This document shows, piece after piece, positions 62,442 through 64,000 of a stretch of 64,000 nucleotides of DNA (position 1 is the first letter of the stretch; each line of letters starts with the position of its first letter). The position numbers and the translations under genes are program-made. The stretch comes from Planctomycetota bacterium. Lineage in GTDB: Bacteria > Planctomycetota > UBA8108 > SXIK01. The stretch is taken from assembly GCA_965223265.1 (NCBI GenBank), contig OZ244999.1, positions 8,800,001 to 8,864,000 on the forward strand. Direction: 5' to 3'. A model generated the notes under the pieces. It saw nothing but the letters and a program-made list of their open reading frames with translations, was not told the DNA's origin and ran no database searches.

Positions 62442-63362
62442 TTACGACCAAACGAAGATCTCGTCTTCGTCGCTGCTGTAGCCGATGAACGTCGCCAGGA
62501 CTACGCGCGGCTCCTCTCCCGCGAGTCCTGGTACTTCGTGAATGGCGCGTGTGTTGAAGAAGTAGAGATCTCCGGGATCGAGCATGACTCGGCAGCTCTC
62601 CACGTCGTGCTCGGCGGCGAATTCATGAAATGTTCCCGCCTCGAGATGCTCTTGAACTCCTGGCTCCCAGAGATAGCGGTGAATCTTTGATTGCGCGGTG
62701 GCGCCGTCGGCCTCAGCATTCTGCAGCACCAGTACGCCCGCGAACTGGTGCGCGAAACGGTACACGGAGAACGTCTCACGCTTTTCACGCAGTCGAACTG
62801 AATCGAAATGTGGCTTGTACGTGTAGGAGCCGTAGTGCGCCCGAAAGATCGCAGGTCCGTAGGTGCGCCCGTCCGGCTCGTAGGCAGTGACGGCTTTCTG
62901 GCGTCCGCCGCTGAGGTCGGTGAGCCGCTCGTAAATGACGTCCACCGGGCTTGGTACGTTCGCAAAGAGCTGCTCGAAGACTTCTCGGGTCTGTGCCGCA
63001 TGCGCAAAGAATGCCTCGGGGTTTGAGCCGCGATACCCGAGGCTGGTTCCGATGTCGAGTCGATGCTTTGCTGCTTTTGAGTCATCTGCCCAGGCGCGGC
63101 GCTCCGCGCTGCTGAGGCCTTCCCGATAGAATCCTTCGGGGATCGCTTCGCGCAGCAGATGGTCGGGCGGCGGCCCCGCCGGGTTGTAGAGAAAGCCCGC
63201 GGCGATGAGTCGCTCGATGAGCTCGGCGCAGAGGTGCGGTGGATACGCCTGACGAAAGATCACTGCTGGGAAGTCGCCGTTCGCGAGTGCATCGAGAGGC
63301 CGCGGCGAGGCGCGGAGTGCCGCGGCGAGGTCTGGCTCAATCGGGGTCCACGCGTTCTTCAT
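62442..63362 (-). CDS. Putative 2OG-Fe(II) oxygenase-fold protein
   Basis: PHFD (HxD), PGDLYFFN..IHEV and distal R. GGAGAG RBS. Confidence 0.6.
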   Translation of the reverse strand: MKNAWTPIEPDLAAALRASPRPLDALANGDFPAVIFRQAYPPHLCAELIERLIAAGFLYNPAGPPPDHLLREAIPEGFYREGLSSAERRAWADDSKAAKHRLDIGTSLGYRGSNPEAFFAHAAQTREVFEQLFANVPSPVDVIYERLTDLSGGRQKAVTAYEPDGRTYGPAIFRAHYGSYTYKPHFDSVRLREKRETFSVYRFAHQFAGVLVLQNAEADGATAQSKIHRYLWEPGVQEHLEAGTFHEFAAEHDVESCRVMLDPGDLYFFNTRAIHEVPGLAGEEPRVVLATFIGYSSDEDEIFVWS

Positions 63363-63544
63363 CTCGTGTCTCTCCGGGGGAGTCGTCGTCACAGAGGCAC
63401 TTCTTCGGAGGCTGCTCAGGGCAGTATCTCCAATGCCTGTAAACAATGGCGAGCAAAAACGGCGCGAAGCTCACGCGGCGAGTTGAGCTTTGTCCGTCGC
63501 GCGCAAGCGGGGCGGTCCTCGTGGCTCTCCGCTCGATGCTCGGA

Positions 63545-64000
63545 TCACGTCGGCAAATGGTCGAAGAGCGTGATCCCCAGCGAGCCAAAGAGGAGCACCG
63601 GCAGCCATGCAGCCAGCAGTGGACTAAAGATCTCCGAGTGGTTTGCCACGTTCATGGAGATTGAGCTGACGAGGTGAAACAGCGCACAGATCAGGAAGCT
63701 GGCGGCGATTGACACGAGAAGGTTTCGATTGCGTACATTCAGGGTGAAGGGGATGCCCAAGAGCAACAGGATCAGGTGGGAGAGCGGAAACGCAAAGTGA
63801 TGGTGCAGTTTCACCGCCAAGTGTCGGTGATGCGGCTGGCGCTGATACTGAACGCTGAGTTCCTTCCACGACAGATACGTCAGGTCGATGTCGCTCGTCT
63901 CAAGGTCGATCGGCCTGACGCTCGTCTCGAGTTTGTAACGTTTGTAGAGCGATTTGAGGCGTTCAAACGTGTTCGCGCTCGTGTTGACGAGCAAGTTGCC
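63545..64000 (-). CDS. LptF/LptG family permease, C-terminal part (runs off window)
   Basis: HHHFAFPL..LILLLLGIP and SPLLAAWLP. Confidence 0.8.
   Translation of the reverse strand, partial: GNLLVNTSANTFERLKSLYKRYKLETSVRPIDLETSDIDLTYLSWKELSVQYQRQPHHRHLAVKLHHHFAFPLSHLILLLLGIPFTLNVRNRNLLVSIAASFLICALFHLVSSISMNVANHSEIFSPLLAAWLPVLLFGSLGITLFDHLPT

Overview
GC-rich bacterial chromosomal window, probably Planctomycetota (DUF1501 plus DUF1553/DUF1549 pair, large PQQ-type beta-propeller proteins, kdsB-pyrG-DUF1844). Most of it is housekeeping or metabolic: cyclophilin, plant-HPR1-like dehydrogenase, epmA-efp/epmB, putA, PPK2, queC, kdsB, pyrG and sugar/LPS genes. The most unusual structure is a repeated accessory module at about 19.7-21.4 kb (two copies) and 34.7-38.6 kb (one broken copy). 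It combines a 107-aa four-helix-bundle (23S-IVP/Avd-like) gene, a conserved 41-nt hairpin with a compensatory base change about 85 nt upstream, a GC-rich 3' hairpin, and 6-periodic microsatellite tracts. The GANNCR tracts start directly after a shared ~33-nt leader, and NACKCN tracts lie to their right. The third copy has an internal deletion and is interrupted by a ~2.65-kb large-serine-recombinase element whose removal restores a 7-bp inverted repeat. Several MITE-like and dispersed repeats are also present. No tRNA, rRNA, CRISPR array or reverse transcriptase was recognised. Family assignments come from motif recognition by eye, not database searches.
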